This document shows, piece after piece, positions 40,014 to 54,066 of a stretch of DNA of 64,000 nucleotides; position 1 is the stretch's first letter, and the number at the start of each line of letters is the position of its first letter. The translations under genes were made by a program, and so were the position numbers. The stretch covers positions 806,001-870,000 of the forward strand of contig NC_043012.1 in assembly GCF_006345805.1 (NCBI RefSeq). Direction: 5' to 3'. The notes below the pieces were generated by a model. That model worked only from the letters and a program-made list of their open reading frames with translations, made no database searches and was not told the origin of the DNA. Source of the stretch: Octopus sinensis (Eukaryota).

Positions 40014-41052
40014 AATCTTGGTACCGCGTCAGCCCTGATCTCGCAGACCAATGATAAAAGAGGCTTTCAAATTGTCTCCATAACGTCTTTTATTCACGCA
40101 TTATTTCTAGAATGTTTATTGTAAATTGTGTCATTCTTTGTTTAAAGGACGCAGAATAATATTAGATGATGACTTGATTGGTATTTCTTGCACAAATCTA
40201 CTTAAAATATGGGCGTCACTACATTTGTTGACTCGTATTTCGTTGGCTAAGATAGGGTGATAGGCAAAGTGTAAGTTCGTTTATACCTTCACATTGGTAC
40301 TTAATTCATTGTTGAATTCTTGCTGGTTTTTTAGAATTTGAACATGAAGTTGTGATACTCATACTTTTCCCAGGGACATTAATTACGTAAGAGAATTAAT
40401 TCTAATAGGTAAATAAAGTCATTAGTATTCTGGTTGGAAATAAACAATTATTAATCGACGTATGAAGTATATTACTAAATCGTTTCCTTTATATAATTAT
40501 TGCTGTTTGCTTCTTCTCGCTCAATTATATATATTTTCATCTCATCTTTCCCGGTTATTTTATCAATATCGTTTTTTTGTTCTTATCTGTAATTATTTCC
40601 TCCTATTATTTCCATCAGGTTTAACGATCCGCGAGAAGAAAAGATGGAAAATTGCAACTACGTTGGCAAAGGGTTAAAAGTAATCAAAGGACATCCTCTG
40701 CCGCAAGTATTTAAGGGCTAATCACTCAACCGTGGTCTATAATTAATGAATAACTACTTAAAACGAATGCATACAAATATAAAAAATATGTACTGCAGTA
40801 GCAACAACAACAACAACAACATCAAAAATAGCAATAGCGGCAGAGCAATAACAGTAATGCCAGCAACAGCAAAACTGCGAACGAATGAAAGAACCTCCTC
40901 TTAGTGGTAGCCACTGCGGCTCGAGTGCCAAATGCGTCCTCTTTAACATTTAATATGTATTTCATAGAATGTATTGGTCGAACTCTTTTCTTCTATTTCG
41001 TTTTTGGATTTGGTTTGCAAGATTCTTTATATGAGTTCGTGTGTTGAAGCAT

Positions 41053-41324
41053 ATTCTGTTGTGTCTGGGGAGAGTCATTTTCTTTTAGTACGTTATTATT
41101 TAACACACTCACCGGTAAAATTTCCACTTATTTCGTCTTTTTTATTTTCCTAAAATTTTCGTTGCGTCTTGCAACCTTTGCAATAGTCTTGTCTCATGAA
41201 AGGTTGCAAGACGCAACGAAAATTTTAGGAAAATAAAAAGACGAAATAAGTGGAAATTTTACCGGTGAGTGTGTTAAATAATAATGTACTAAAAGAAAAT
41301 GACTCTCCCCAGACACAATAGAAT
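41053..41324. repeat. ~127-bp inverted repeat with 19-nt loop, inside a 328-bp insertion with 12-bp TSD
   Basis: Arms 41053-41179 and 41199-41324 differ by 2 transitions and 1 indel. TCTTTTCTTCTA at 40984-40995 and 41324-41335. Confidence 0.93.
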
Positions 41325-42394
41325 CTTTTCTTCTAATATTACTGTAAAATATTACTAAACCGTTGTTCAACGATGAAGACTTTTAGTTTTTCGAAATTAC
41401 CTTCTCCTGAATTTACGAATGCTCTAAGGTGTCTGGTCTGATGTTTACTTACTAACTGGTACCCCGTCGGTTGCGACGACGAGATTTCTAGTTGATCCGA
41501 TCAACAGAACAGCTTGCTCGTGAAATTAAAGTGTAAGTGGCTGAGCATTCCACAGAAACGTATATATCCTTAACGTAGTTCTCAGGGAGATTCAGCGTGT
41601 CACAGAATGTGACATAGATGGCCTCAAGAATTACACGTTTGTCAGCTGATTGGACTGGAGCAACGTGAAATAACGTGTCTTGCTCAAGGACATAACGTGC
41701 CTTTAGGAATCGAACTTACGACCTTATGACCGCGAGACAAATACACTAACCACTAAGCCACGTGACTTCACAGCGGCTTTCTTACAGTTCTGCAAATCCT
41801 CCATGTGGGGCTGATACATTTTTATCGATTCTGTTGGATAAAGTTGACTTTGGTGGGATTTGAACTTCAGCAATATTTACTTTAGCGAGGTCGTAGGGGG
41901 CGCTTGTAGCAATAACAATACTACAATAACAATCACAACTGATGCAGCAATGTCGGCAAGCGCAACAACAACAACAACAACAAAGCAGTATTAATTTCAT
42001 CAATAACAACAATAACAGCACCAATACCACGGTCATCACACCACGTGACCGACCAGGCTATCAGATGTTGTTACACATCGCTGGTCACTGTGCGCTTTTG
42101 TATTGTTTTTATCCTCCAAATGACGCCACATCGCTGGCTAGGCGGGCAGGCTGCCATCCCCCCACTGATTGAAAGGGGGCCTAGAGCAATATGAAATGAA
42201 GTGTTTTGCCCAAGGACATAAAGCGACTTCCAGTTAGGGAATCGAACTCACAATCTAGGTCATACTTGTCTAGAACCGACTTTTGGCTTCCGTTGGTGAA
42301 TATTTTTAAGAATTAGTAATGGTGAACACCGTGGAATTTTGGTTTCTGTGTCATCTGCAGCCCTCAGTTTGTCAGCTGTAAGATGACAACCCAC

Positions 42395-42607
42395 TTTACT
42401 CTTTTACTTGTTTCAGTCATTTGACTGCGGCCATGATGGAACACCACCTTTAGTCGAGCAAATCGACCCCAGGATTTATTCTTTGTAAGCCTAGTACGCA
42501 TTCTGTCGGTCTCTTATGCCGAAGCGCTAAGTTACGGAGACGTAAAGACACCACTATCGGTTGTCAACGATGTTGGGGGGACAAACACAGACACACAAAC
42601 ATACACA

Positions 42608-42654
<47 letters not shown>

Positions 42655-42851
42655 ATATATATATTTATATATACGACGGAGTTCTTATAAGTTTCTTTTT
42701 CTCTGTCTACCAAATCCACTCACAAGGCTTTGGTCGTCCTGAGGCTATAGTAGTAGAAGACACTTGTCCAAGGTTCCATGCAGTGGGACTGAACCCCGAA
42801 ACCATGTGGTTGGTAAGCAAGCTACTTACCGCACACCCACTCCTGTTCCTA
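42395..42851 (-). mobile_element. SINE family A
   Basis: Match to family consensus. Confidence 0.85.
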
Positions 42852-42891
42852 TAGTTAACATATTATTAAAGATGTCACTTTGCACCCTAGG

Positions 42892-42991
42892 NNNNNNNNN
42901 NNNNNNNNNNNNNNNNNNNNNNNNNNNNNNNNNNNNNNNNNNNNNNNNNNNNNNNNNNNNNNNNNNNNNNNNNNNNNNNNNNNNNNNNNNN
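42892..42991. other. Assembly gap (100 N)
   Basis: Run of exactly 100 N, a placeholder of unknown true size. Confidence 0.99.
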
Positions 42992-44132
42992 AAACTAGTC
43001 TTCAGATCAGGGCCAATGCTGGCTTGCTTGCCAAGCCAGTAGTGTGGCATCATTCACAAGCTAAAAATGATGCAAAATGCATTGTGACTAGCAGTGTATA
43101 ACATCTGATTCTGTATAACATCAGAATCATTAACGTGTCAGAGAGAGTGCCTTCCAGTTTTTCTTTCAGCTCTTTGTATTTTTAGATCAAATTCCACTAC
43201 AGACAACTATGGCTTTCGTCCCTCAAGGGTCAATTAAATAAAGAAGCAGTTATGTACTTGAATTGATGATATTGACTAAAGCTTCTCTAAAAATTACTAT
43301 GTTCCCACTTCAACCCTACTGAGTTACACCTTGGGCAAGTATCTTCTACCCCAGGCCTTGGCTGAACAGAACCTTGAGAGTGGATTTAGTAAACAGAAAC
43401 TGAAAGAAGCCCATTATATATATATATTTATACATATATTATGTAAGTATGTATATATATAATATATATATGTGTGGTATATATATATGTATATCTATAT
43501 ATATATGAATATATATATGTGTATAATATATAATATATATATGAATATGACACACATACATAATACAGATAGATTCGATTATAATACATACATAACATAT
43601 ATACGTATAGCAAAAAAAAAAACACAAAAAAAAAAACAAAAAAATAAAAAAAAAATATACGTGAGTAAGTTGGGCAGGGTGTCTTTGTCTGTGCTTGTCC
43701 CCCACCATCACCACCACTGGCGTTGGTGTGTGTACTTCTCTGTAACTTAGTGGTTCAGCAAAAGAGGTCATTAAAATAAGCACCAGGCTTTAAAATGGGG
43801 TTGATTCATTCAACTTAAAACCCTTCAGGATAGTGCCCCAGCATGGCCACAGTCTAAATACTGAAGCAGGTAAAAAGATTAAAAAAATGAAATCAGAAAA
43901 GCGTTGGACAAAATATGTTGCATCACTTGTTCCGATTCGGTACTCTTTGAGTTCAATTCTCAGACAAGTCGACTTTGTCTGTAATCCCTTCCCTCTAAGA
44001 CTGATGAAACAGAGTACCGGTCAAGTATCTTGACCGATACTTGACCGATATTGTCGATGTATTGATAATCCCCTTCTCTCAAAATTGCTGGCCTCTTGTT
44101 AAAATTTGAAATAGACTCTTAATGCTCTGAGT

Positions 44133-44369
44133 TCACCACCACCACCACCACCACCACGAATACAACAACACCACCACCATCACCACCGCCATCACCACCA
44201 CGAATACCACCACCACCACGAATACCACCACCACTACCACCACCACCACCACCACCACCATCACCACCACTACCACTACCACCACCACCACCACCATCAC
44301 CACCACCACCACCACCACCACCATCACCACCACCACCACTACCACCATCACCACCACCACCATCACCAC
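44133..44369. repeat. (CAC)n microsatellite
   Basis: Direct reading. Confidence 0.95.
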
Positions 44370-44759
44370 CCTTTTTTTTACCCTTTCAGGGATCGATAAA
44401 TTAAGTACCAGTTATGCACTGGAGTCGATGTGATCAACTAGTCCCTTCTCCCCAAATTTTCAGACTTTGTACCTTTAGTAGAAAGGATTATAATTATCAT
44501 TATTATTATTATTATTATTATTATTAGTGGAAGTATTATAATTAAGGTAGCGATTTGGTGGAGTCATTAGCACACTGGACAAAACGCTTAACGGCATATC
44601 ATCTGAGTTCAAACTTGCCTAGGCTGGCTTTGCCTGTCATTCCTTTTGAGATACGTAAAATAGGGACTGGGTATGCACTGGGGTCAATGTAATCAGCTAT
44701 TCACCACCTACCAAAATTTCAGGTATTGATCCTAGAGTAGAAGGGAATTTTTTTGCATT

Positions 44760-44794
<35 letters not shown>

Positions 44795-45126
44795 GTATTA
44801 ATTTAAAATTCTTCTAATACATTCATTCATGTTTGTGTGTGTGTGTGTGTGTGTGTATGTGTGTGTGTGCATGATGTGTGTGTGTGTGTGCGTGTGTGTG
44901 TGTGTACATGAGTGTGTTCATGCATATATGAATATGTATATACATATGTATATATATACATATATATATATATACATATATAGCTAGATAGATAAATAGA
45001 AAGATAGATAGATAGATAGATTGATAGATAGATAGATTGATAGATAGATAGATAGATAGATTGATAGATAGATAGATAGATAGATAGATAGGTAGGTAGG
45101 TAGTAGTAGGTAGGTAGGTAGGTAGG

Positions 45127-45176
<50 letters not shown>

Positions 45177-45178
45177 GT

Positions 45179-45248
<70 letters not shown>

Positions 45249-46399
45249 CATAGATAAGTAGACTAACAGACAAATAGGCCGATAGACAGACAAATCTCTA
45301 CTTTCACTTTCTCTATCTCTCAGACTTATTATGTCACTTACTTTCTCTGTCACTCTTTCTCTCCCAACCTCCTCACTGTCTCCCATTCTTTCTCTTCTTT
45401 TGTGATTTAAGATTTAAGATTACCAAAGAACTTTAAACTTATATTTGTGCATTATTTAGTTGTCTTTTCTGGGTGTGTTATTGTTATAGATATATATATA
45501 TATGTATGTGTGCAGGTATGTATGTATGTATGTATGTATGTATGTATGTATGTATGTATGTATGTATGTGTATGTATGTATTGAAGCATATATCTATGTA
45601 TGTAGGCAGATAGGTGCATACGTACTAGGTATCAAAGCGTGTGTGTGTGTAAGTATCCTGCAATAATCTATATAGATAACTATGTGTATATGTGTATGTT
45701 TGTGTGTGTGTGTGTGTCTATATATATAGATATATATATTATATATACACACATACGTATATATGTATATATGTGTGTATGCTTGTGTGCGCCTTAAGCA
45801 GGACAATACATGTTTCTGTTGAGCTTATTAACTTACATGTATATATGTATCAGTGTGTGGTGTGTGTGTGGTGTGTACGTACACACGTAGACACACACAC
45901 ACACACATACACAAGTACACATAACATATATATAAACACACATATACACACACACACTGACATATCATTAGCATGCATATATATATATATGTACATACAT
46001 ATTGAAATCATCACCATCATCATCATCATCGTCATCATCATCATCGTTTAACATCCGCATATGTATATTACAAATTCAAGTATAGTTCCAATGATATTAT
46101 ATATACATATATATATACTATTGTATGCATGCTATATATAATCAGTGATATCCATAAATGCATATACTTTCTTATATATACATATAAATACATTTACACA
46201 CCCACACACACACATATATGTGTGTGTGTGAGTTTATGTGTTTATGTGTGTGTATGTGTGTATGCATGTATGTATATATCAGCCTTGCGGATGTATGTTG
46301 ATAGATGCAAGCAGAGAGAAGCTCAAACATTCACAGAAGTGAGTGCAATGGCACTCTTACACACATATGTACACACACTGACATACACACACACACACA

Positions 46400-47140
46400 C
46401 ACACACACACTCATACTCTGACACATACATACATGTACATACATGCACACACATATGTACATGCAGCTACACAGACACACCATCATGTATGCACACACAC
46501 ACACGTGCACAGTCACACACACATGCCAGCATGTACACACACATGTATGCAGTTAAAGCACACATGCAGCCACACCAAAATATACACACATTCACACACA
46601 TACACACACACATATGCAGTTAAGGTATACACACAGCCACACCAACATACACACACACACACAGCCACACCAACATACACACACACACACAGCCACACCA
46701 ACATACACACCACACCACAAGCCACACAAACATACACCACACACACAGCCCACCCAACATACCACACACACACAGCCACACCAAAAACATCCACACACAC
46801 ACACACAGCCACACAACATAACAAACACACACACACAGCCACACCAACATACACACACACACACACAAATGCACACACGCACGTGCATACAGTCACACAG
46901 ACACACCAGCATGTACACACACATTCACACACACACACACACATACATATACACACAGCCACACATGCACATACACACACACATATACAGTTAAGGTATA
47001 CACACAGTGACACCACACACACACACACATGCACACAGGCAAACACACATGCACACAGCGACACCACACACACACAGACACGCACACACACATGCACACG
47101 TGCACACACACAGGCACACACACATGCACACACACACACA
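46400..47140. repeat. CA-rich compound minisatellite with ~25-bp unit CAGCCACACCAACATACACACACA
   Basis: About 8 units at 46633-46860 within a wider CA-rich tract. Confidence 0.85.
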
Positions 47141-47344
47141 CACCGATTCCAAGAGACACATGCTGGAAGCTACGACTGACAGAACTGATCTAAATATAGA
47201 AACGTATTAAACTTTGACCAAACAAGATGGTAACTTCATAAATTAACACAACACTGAGACAGGCGGAGGAGGAGGAGGAATGGGGGAAAAAAAAAAATTA
47301 AGAAACAAATACACACAGAAATAAATTAACGGTAATTAATAATA

Positions 47345-47376
47345 ATCATAATGATGATGATGATGACGATGATTGA

Positions 47377-47449
<73 letters not shown>

Positions 47450-47880
47450 CGGACGACGATGATGATGATAATAATAGCGAAGACGATGATAGTGATGGTG
47501 GTGGTGTGGTGGTATTCGTGGTTGGAGGTGGGGGGGTGGTGGGGATGGGGGGATGGTGTGTGGGGATTGGTGGTGGGGATGGTGGTGGGGATGGTGGTGG
47601 GGATGGTGGTGGGGATGGTGGTGGTTGGTGGGGGTGGGGGTGGTGGTAGTGGGGGGTATTCGTGGTGGTGGTGGTATTCGTGGTGGTGGTGGTGGTATTC
47701 GTGGTGGTGGTGGTGGTGGTGGGTGGTGGATGTTGTGGTGATGTGGGTGATTGATAAGGCTGACAGGGCTAACGGTGTGATAATGGTGATGGTGGGGAGG
47801 AAGAGGAGGAAAAAAGGGTGGGGGGAGTATTATGCCGATAATAATAATAGCTTTGATGATGATGATGATGACGACCACGA
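47345..47880. repeat. (GAT)n and G-rich (GGT/GGGGAT)n repeats
   Basis: Direct reading. Confidence 0.9.
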
Positions 47881-48345
47881 TGATGGCTTGTGTAAACAAT
47901 CGGAGGAAGTAAAAGGAAACAGGAATACCTTGTATATATAAACACATATAATCAAGCAATCTTATATATATATAGATATATATATTTTGATAATTACTGA
48001 TATTTTTATATTTTGTATATTATATATGTAAAGCATAATATGTTATAAATGTATGTATATTGTTATAATTGTCCTTTTAGTAAATAAATAGACATAATAT
48101 AACGTCTAAAAGTTGATGAATACCACCTCTTGATCCCCTCCATTTTCTTATTGCTCTCTCTCTCTCTATCTCTCTCTCTCTTTCTATATATATATATATA
48201 TATGCATCTTTCTCTCTCGTCTGTCTGTCTTTCTCTCTATGCATGCATATATATAAATATAAATATAATATTTATATATAAATATATGAGTGTATGGATG
48301 TGTATATATACATACGTATACATGAATATATAAATATGTATAGTG

Positions 48346-48665
48346 AAGGCGCGTGGCTTAGTGGTTAGGGCATTCGACTTGCGATTGTAAGGTTGTGAGT
48401 TCAATTCCCGGCGATGTGTTGTGTCCTTGAGCAAGACACTTTATTTCACGTTGCTCCAGTCCACTCAGCTGGCTAAAATGAGTAGTACCTGTATTTCAAA
48501 GGGCCAGCCTTGTCACACTCTTTGTCATGCTGAGTCTCCCTGAGAACTATGCTAAGGGTACACATGTCTGTGGAGTGCTCAGCCACTTGCATGTTAATTT
48601 CACGAGCAAGCTGTTCCCTTGATCGTATCAGCTGGGACCCTCGTCGTCGTAACTGACGGAGAGCT
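48346..48665 (+). mobile_element. Chimeric SINE: family-D head/body with family-C2 tail
   Basis: GTGTCCTTGAGCAAGACAC body joined to GTACCTGTATTTCAAAGGGCC...GACGGA. Confidence 0.8.
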
Positions 48666-48680
48666 CCTTAAATATGTATG

Positions 48681-48723
<43 letters not shown>

Positions 48724-49449
48724 CTATGTATGTATGTATGTATGTATGTATGTATGTATGTATGTATGTGTATGAAGAAACAACAATATAAAAATCAGAA
48801 AGCCGAATGTGTAACCACACGCAAGATCACATGCATGGACACATCCACACACACACACACACACATGCAATCACACACACACACACACACACATCCAAAT
48901 ACACACATCCATACTCACACTCAGCCACATACAATTATGTGAAGTACTTAAGCATAAGGACAAACGGACAGACTGACAGACAGCTGGACAGATAGATAGA
49001 TAGATATTTGTGTGTATATATATATAATATATATATACATGTGTGTATATAAACGAGCATGTGTGTGTTTGTGTGTGTGTGTGCCCAAGTGACGTCAAAC
49101 TACTTCATTATTAATACTCTATAATGACACTTTCAATTATATTTTGATCAGCAGTTATATAATCAAACAATGACCAGCTAATCAGAGAGGAACAACGGAC
49201 GATGTACTTCAGGCGATGATAAATAATGTGTTGGATTCTGTGTCACCCAACTTCGGTTGGCATTGAGACAGAGCTTCTGTTTTTACAGTCTTGCATTGTT
49301 CCGTGTGTCCTACATAAAAAAAAAATCTTCATCAAATACAGAATCCCTTGTAACTTGGAACTGAGGATTGTCTACACAGAATGTGTGTGTGTGTGTGTAT
49401 ATATGTATATATATATATATACATGAATATGAATATATATCTATATACA

Positions 49450-49499
<50 letters not shown>

Positions 49500-49509
49500 T
49501 ACATATATA

Positions 49510-49661
49510 TAGGCCAGGAGTGGCTGTGAGGTTAGTAGCTTGCTTTTCAACCACATGGTTCCGGGTTCAGTCGCACGTGCATAGCCTCGGACTGACCAAA
49601 GCTTATGTGTAGATTTTGGTAGACGGAAACTGAAAGAAGGCAGTCACATCTATATATATAT

Positions 49662-49693
<32 letters not shown>

Positions 49694-49895
49694 GTATATA
49701 TATGTACATATATATACATATATATACATACATATATATACATATATATATATATGTATAAATATGTATATATATATATGTGTGTGTATAAGTTTTTGTG
49801 TGTCTGTGTTTGTCTCCCCACCAACACTTGACAACCGATGTTGGCGGTTTTATGTTCCTGTAACTTAGCAGTTCAGCAAAAGTGACCGATCGGAA
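49510..49895 (+). mobile_element. SINE family A with expanded internal (TA) tract
   Basis: AGGAGTGGCTGTG head and GGAAACTGAAAGAAG body. Confidence 0.8.
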
Positions 49896-50574
49896 TATGA
49901 ATAAAGATTAATTTTTCTATCTGATTTATGGCTTGTACTGTAGAGTCCAGTGAAACTAATTTAAACATATCTATTTTACACATGTGGAGGCGCAATGGCC
50001 TAGTGGTTAGGGCAGCAGACTTGCGGTCGTAGAATCGCGGTTTCGATTCCCAGACCGGGCGTTGTGTGTGTTTATTGAGCAAAAACACCTAAAAGCTCCA
50101 CGAGGCTCCTGCAGGGGGTGGTGATCCCTGCTGTACTCCTTCACCACTCTTTCTCTCACTCTTTCTTCAGTTGGCCTGCTCGCTTAGCCAGCGGGGTGGC
50201 GTCATTCGAAGGCTAAAACAATGTGAACGCATTGTGACCAGTGATGTGTAACAACATCTGATGGTCTGGTCAGTCACGTGATCATGTGATTTTACACATT
50301 CTTAAGAGTTTTTTAAAAATTAAAATATAGTTTATTGTATTGAACGTCGATAAAGTAATAACGGCTTGATGATTGGGGTGACATCTTGAGAGGGGTTCCA
50401 GGGAAACACGGAGTAGTTTAGGAACCCGAGGATGTACCTCATGAAACACGTGTTGCCAAGGAATAAAACAGTAGGTATTTAAAATTAAAATAAAAATTCT
50501 TTTCATTTGGTGAGATATAGGGGCCTACTATCTCTAAATTAAAATATTTATATATATATATATATATATATATG

Positions 50575-50980
50575 AGCTTGTATAGCTGTGTGGCAAGAGG
50601 TTTGCTTTGCAACCACATAGTTTAGGGTTCAATCCCATTGCATTGTATTTTAATCAAGTGTTTTCCACCATAGCTTCAGGCTGACCTGAGCCTTGTGAGT
50701 GGATTTAGTAGACGGAAACCGAAAGAAGTCCATCGTATATGTTTATGTGTGTATGTGTATATATATATATGTATATACATGTTGTGTGTGTATTTGTCCA
50801 GCCACAGCTACTTGACAACCGGTGTTAGTGAGTTTATGTCCGTGTAACTTTGTCGCTTGGCAAGAGATTGGTAGAGTAAGTATGAGGATTAAAAAAAAGG
50901 ACTAGGGCTGATTCTTTCTACTAAAAAGTGAGGGCGGTGACCCAGCAGAGCAACAGTCTAATTACTGAAACAAGTAAAAG
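50575..50980 (+). mobile_element. SINE family A, diverged
   Basis: Head, body and tail motifs recognisable. Confidence 0.75.
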
Positions 50981-51012
<32 letters not shown>

Positions 51013-51105
51013 ACAAACACACAGACATATGTATGTTTGAAGAAGTGAGAGTTTGTGCACGTGTATGTTTACAAATATATATGGTGTGGTGTTGTGTGTA
51101 TGTAT

Positions 51106-51157
<52 letters not shown>

Positions 51158-51227
51158 GTAGGTCCCGGGTTTGAGTCGGGGGTTAACCACAGTAAATAAG
51201 GTACTCAATACATGGCAGAGTAAATTA

Positions 51228-51357
51228 ATTTATTTTATAGAAGGAGCTTCTACAGGACTAGAACTGTTTCATTCAAATGAAATCATCAGAAGCCATGATT
51301 CCTGATGATTTCATTTGAATGAAACAGTTCTAGTCCTGTAGAAGCTCCTTCTATAAA

Positions 51358-51363
<6 letters not shown>
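51228..51363. repeat. Perfect 62-bp inverted repeat with 12-nt spacer containing a CTGATGA...GAAAC core
   Basis: 51228-51289 is the exact reverse complement of 51302-51363. Confidence 0.95.
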
Positions 51364-51394
<31 letters not shown>

Positions 51395-51585
51395 CATACA
51401 CACATAGACACTCAATGGGTTCCTTTCAGTTTCCATCTACCAAATCCATTCACAATGTTTTGTTCTGCCTGAGGCTATAGCAGAAGACAGTTGCTCAAGG
51501 TGCCACACCATGGGACTGAAACTGGAATCATGTGACTGAGAAGCAAACTCAAACTCATTATAGCATAGCCACACCTGCACCTATG

Positions 51586-51624
<39 letters not shown>

Positions 51625-52338
51625 ATGTATATATATATGTAATTATAATAATTACTTGAGGGAATATTATTCCTAATTTACAGGGAAAAATTCAATTTAG
51701 AAATACTAAATCAAATTTCACAAAATATAATATATATATATCTAAAAATTAGAAAAAAACTACCTTTTATCAATTCAAATTGAACAAATAAATTACAATA
51801 TCTAGAAAATTACATATAATAGAAATATTAAAATTATAATAACAATAATATACCGAAAATTAAGTAAATTGCAAAAAAATAATAAAAACACATATATATT
51901 TGGTAGAATTACATTTTCTAGTAGGCCATACCTGGAGGATACTCTCAGGCCCCCAATTACAATATTATCTTTCCTCTGCATCACTTTGACCATCTATACA
52001 TATATATATACATGCATGCATATATTACGTGATCACGTGACCGACCAGGCTATCAGCTGTTGCTGCACATCGGTGGTCACAATGCACTTCGCATTGTTTT
52101 AGCCTTCAAATGATGCCACCTCACTGGCTAAGCGAGCAGGCCAATAGAAGAAAGAGTGAGAGAAAGTTGTGGTGAAAGTGTACAGCAGGGATTGCTACCA
52201 CCCTCCGCCGGAGCCTCGTGGAGCTTTAGGTGTCTTTGCTCAATAAACACTCACAACGCCCGGTCTGGGTATCGAAACCGTGATCCAGCGACCGCGAGTC
52301 TGCTGCCCTAACCACTGGGCCACTGTGCCTCACCACAT

Positions 52339-52381
<43 letters not shown>

Positions 52382-53546
52382 ATAATATATATATGTATAT
52401 ATATATGTATATATATTGAACATGTAATATATATATATAATAACATCTACATTATATCTCTTTCTCTCTGTATATATTATATATATATATGTATTTATAT
52501 GTATATATTATATATATATAATTATATATGGATATATATATATACATATATATATATAATTATATATATATGTATGTATGTATGTATATGGAGAGATGTG
52601 TATGTATATAGATATAGACACAGCTTCATAAATGCACCTGCACACACACACAAACACACATACACGCACACACACGCATGCAAGCACACACACACACACA
52701 CCACACACACACACACACACACAGTCGGTTGTTTCTGATGTATAAGTAAATATATGCTTGTGTTGAGCACTGCTGTACTGCAGATTCTTTGACCCATGCC
52801 AAAGCAGAAAGTCATTTATTAAAACATTGACAACGATGATGTTGATGAGAATGAAGTTAGTTACGGAGCTAATGACTGTGGCAACAATGATAACGAATGG
52901 CATAATGAAGACGACGATTATGGTAATGGTGTTGTTGATTGGTCGTGGTGGTGATGGTGGTGGTGGTGGTTGTGGTTGTGTTGAAAATGAAAACATATAT
53001 TCATACATACATACATACATAAATACATACATACATACATACATACATATACATACATACATACATACATACATACATACAAATATATATATATATTTTT
53101 TTTGTGACCGACCAGACCATCAGATGTTGTTACACATCGCTGGTCACAATGCGTTCGCATTGTTTTAGCCTTGAATGACGCCACCCCACTGACTAAGCAA
53201 GCAGGCCAACAGAAGAAAGAGTGGTGAAAGAGTACAGCAGGGATCACCACCCCCTGCCAGAGCGTCGTGGAGGTTTTAGGTGTTTTCGCTCAATAAACAC
53301 TCACAACGCCCAGTCTGGGAATCGAAACCGCGATCCTATGACCGTGAGTCGCTGCCCTAACCACTGGGCCATTGCGCCTCCATACAAATATATATATACA
53401 TCTATATACACACATACAAATATATACAACTATTTGCAACTACCACCAACATCTGTACATGTGGTCAGCTTCACCCAATCATGCACTCATGGTTGCCATG
53501 CCTTCCTCCTGAATGGACATTAGAAAGTCGCCTTATATGTATGTGT

Positions 53547-53582
<36 letters not shown>

Positions 53583-53610
53583 CTATATGTATATGTATAT
53601 ATATATATAT

Positions 53611-53655
<45 letters not shown>

Positions 53656-54031
53656 ATATATATGTGCATATATATATATATGTATACGCAAATATATATA
53701 TATATACATATATACATGTATATATGTTTCCATCTGTATTTCATGGTCCCTGATTACCCTGTCATTACATTTTCTAGTAGGCCATACCTGGAGGATACTC
53801 TCAGGCCCCAATTACCGTATTATCTTTCCTCTGCATCGCTTTAACCGTCTATAACATACATACATACATACATACATATAACATATATACATACATATAT
53901 ATAATATATACATATATATATATATATATACATACTTATATATATATATATATATGTATATATATGTGTATATATATATATATACATCTATCTCTCTCTC
54001 TATCTCTCTCTATATAGATATATATATATAT

Positions 54032-54066
<35 letters not shown>

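Noticed and set aside
46633-46860. Repeat-spacer-like periodicity suggesting CRISPR
   Set aside because: Eukaryotic context; the units are CA-rich minisatellite with no unique spacers.
47520-47720. G-quadruplex-forming potential
   Set aside because: Expected property of a simple G-rich repeat; nothing indicates function.
51911-53850. ~85-bp direct repeat at 51911 and 53767 suggesting LTRs
   Set aside because: No TG...CA ends, PBS, PPT or TSD; both copies end in TA tracts like dispersed retroposon tails.
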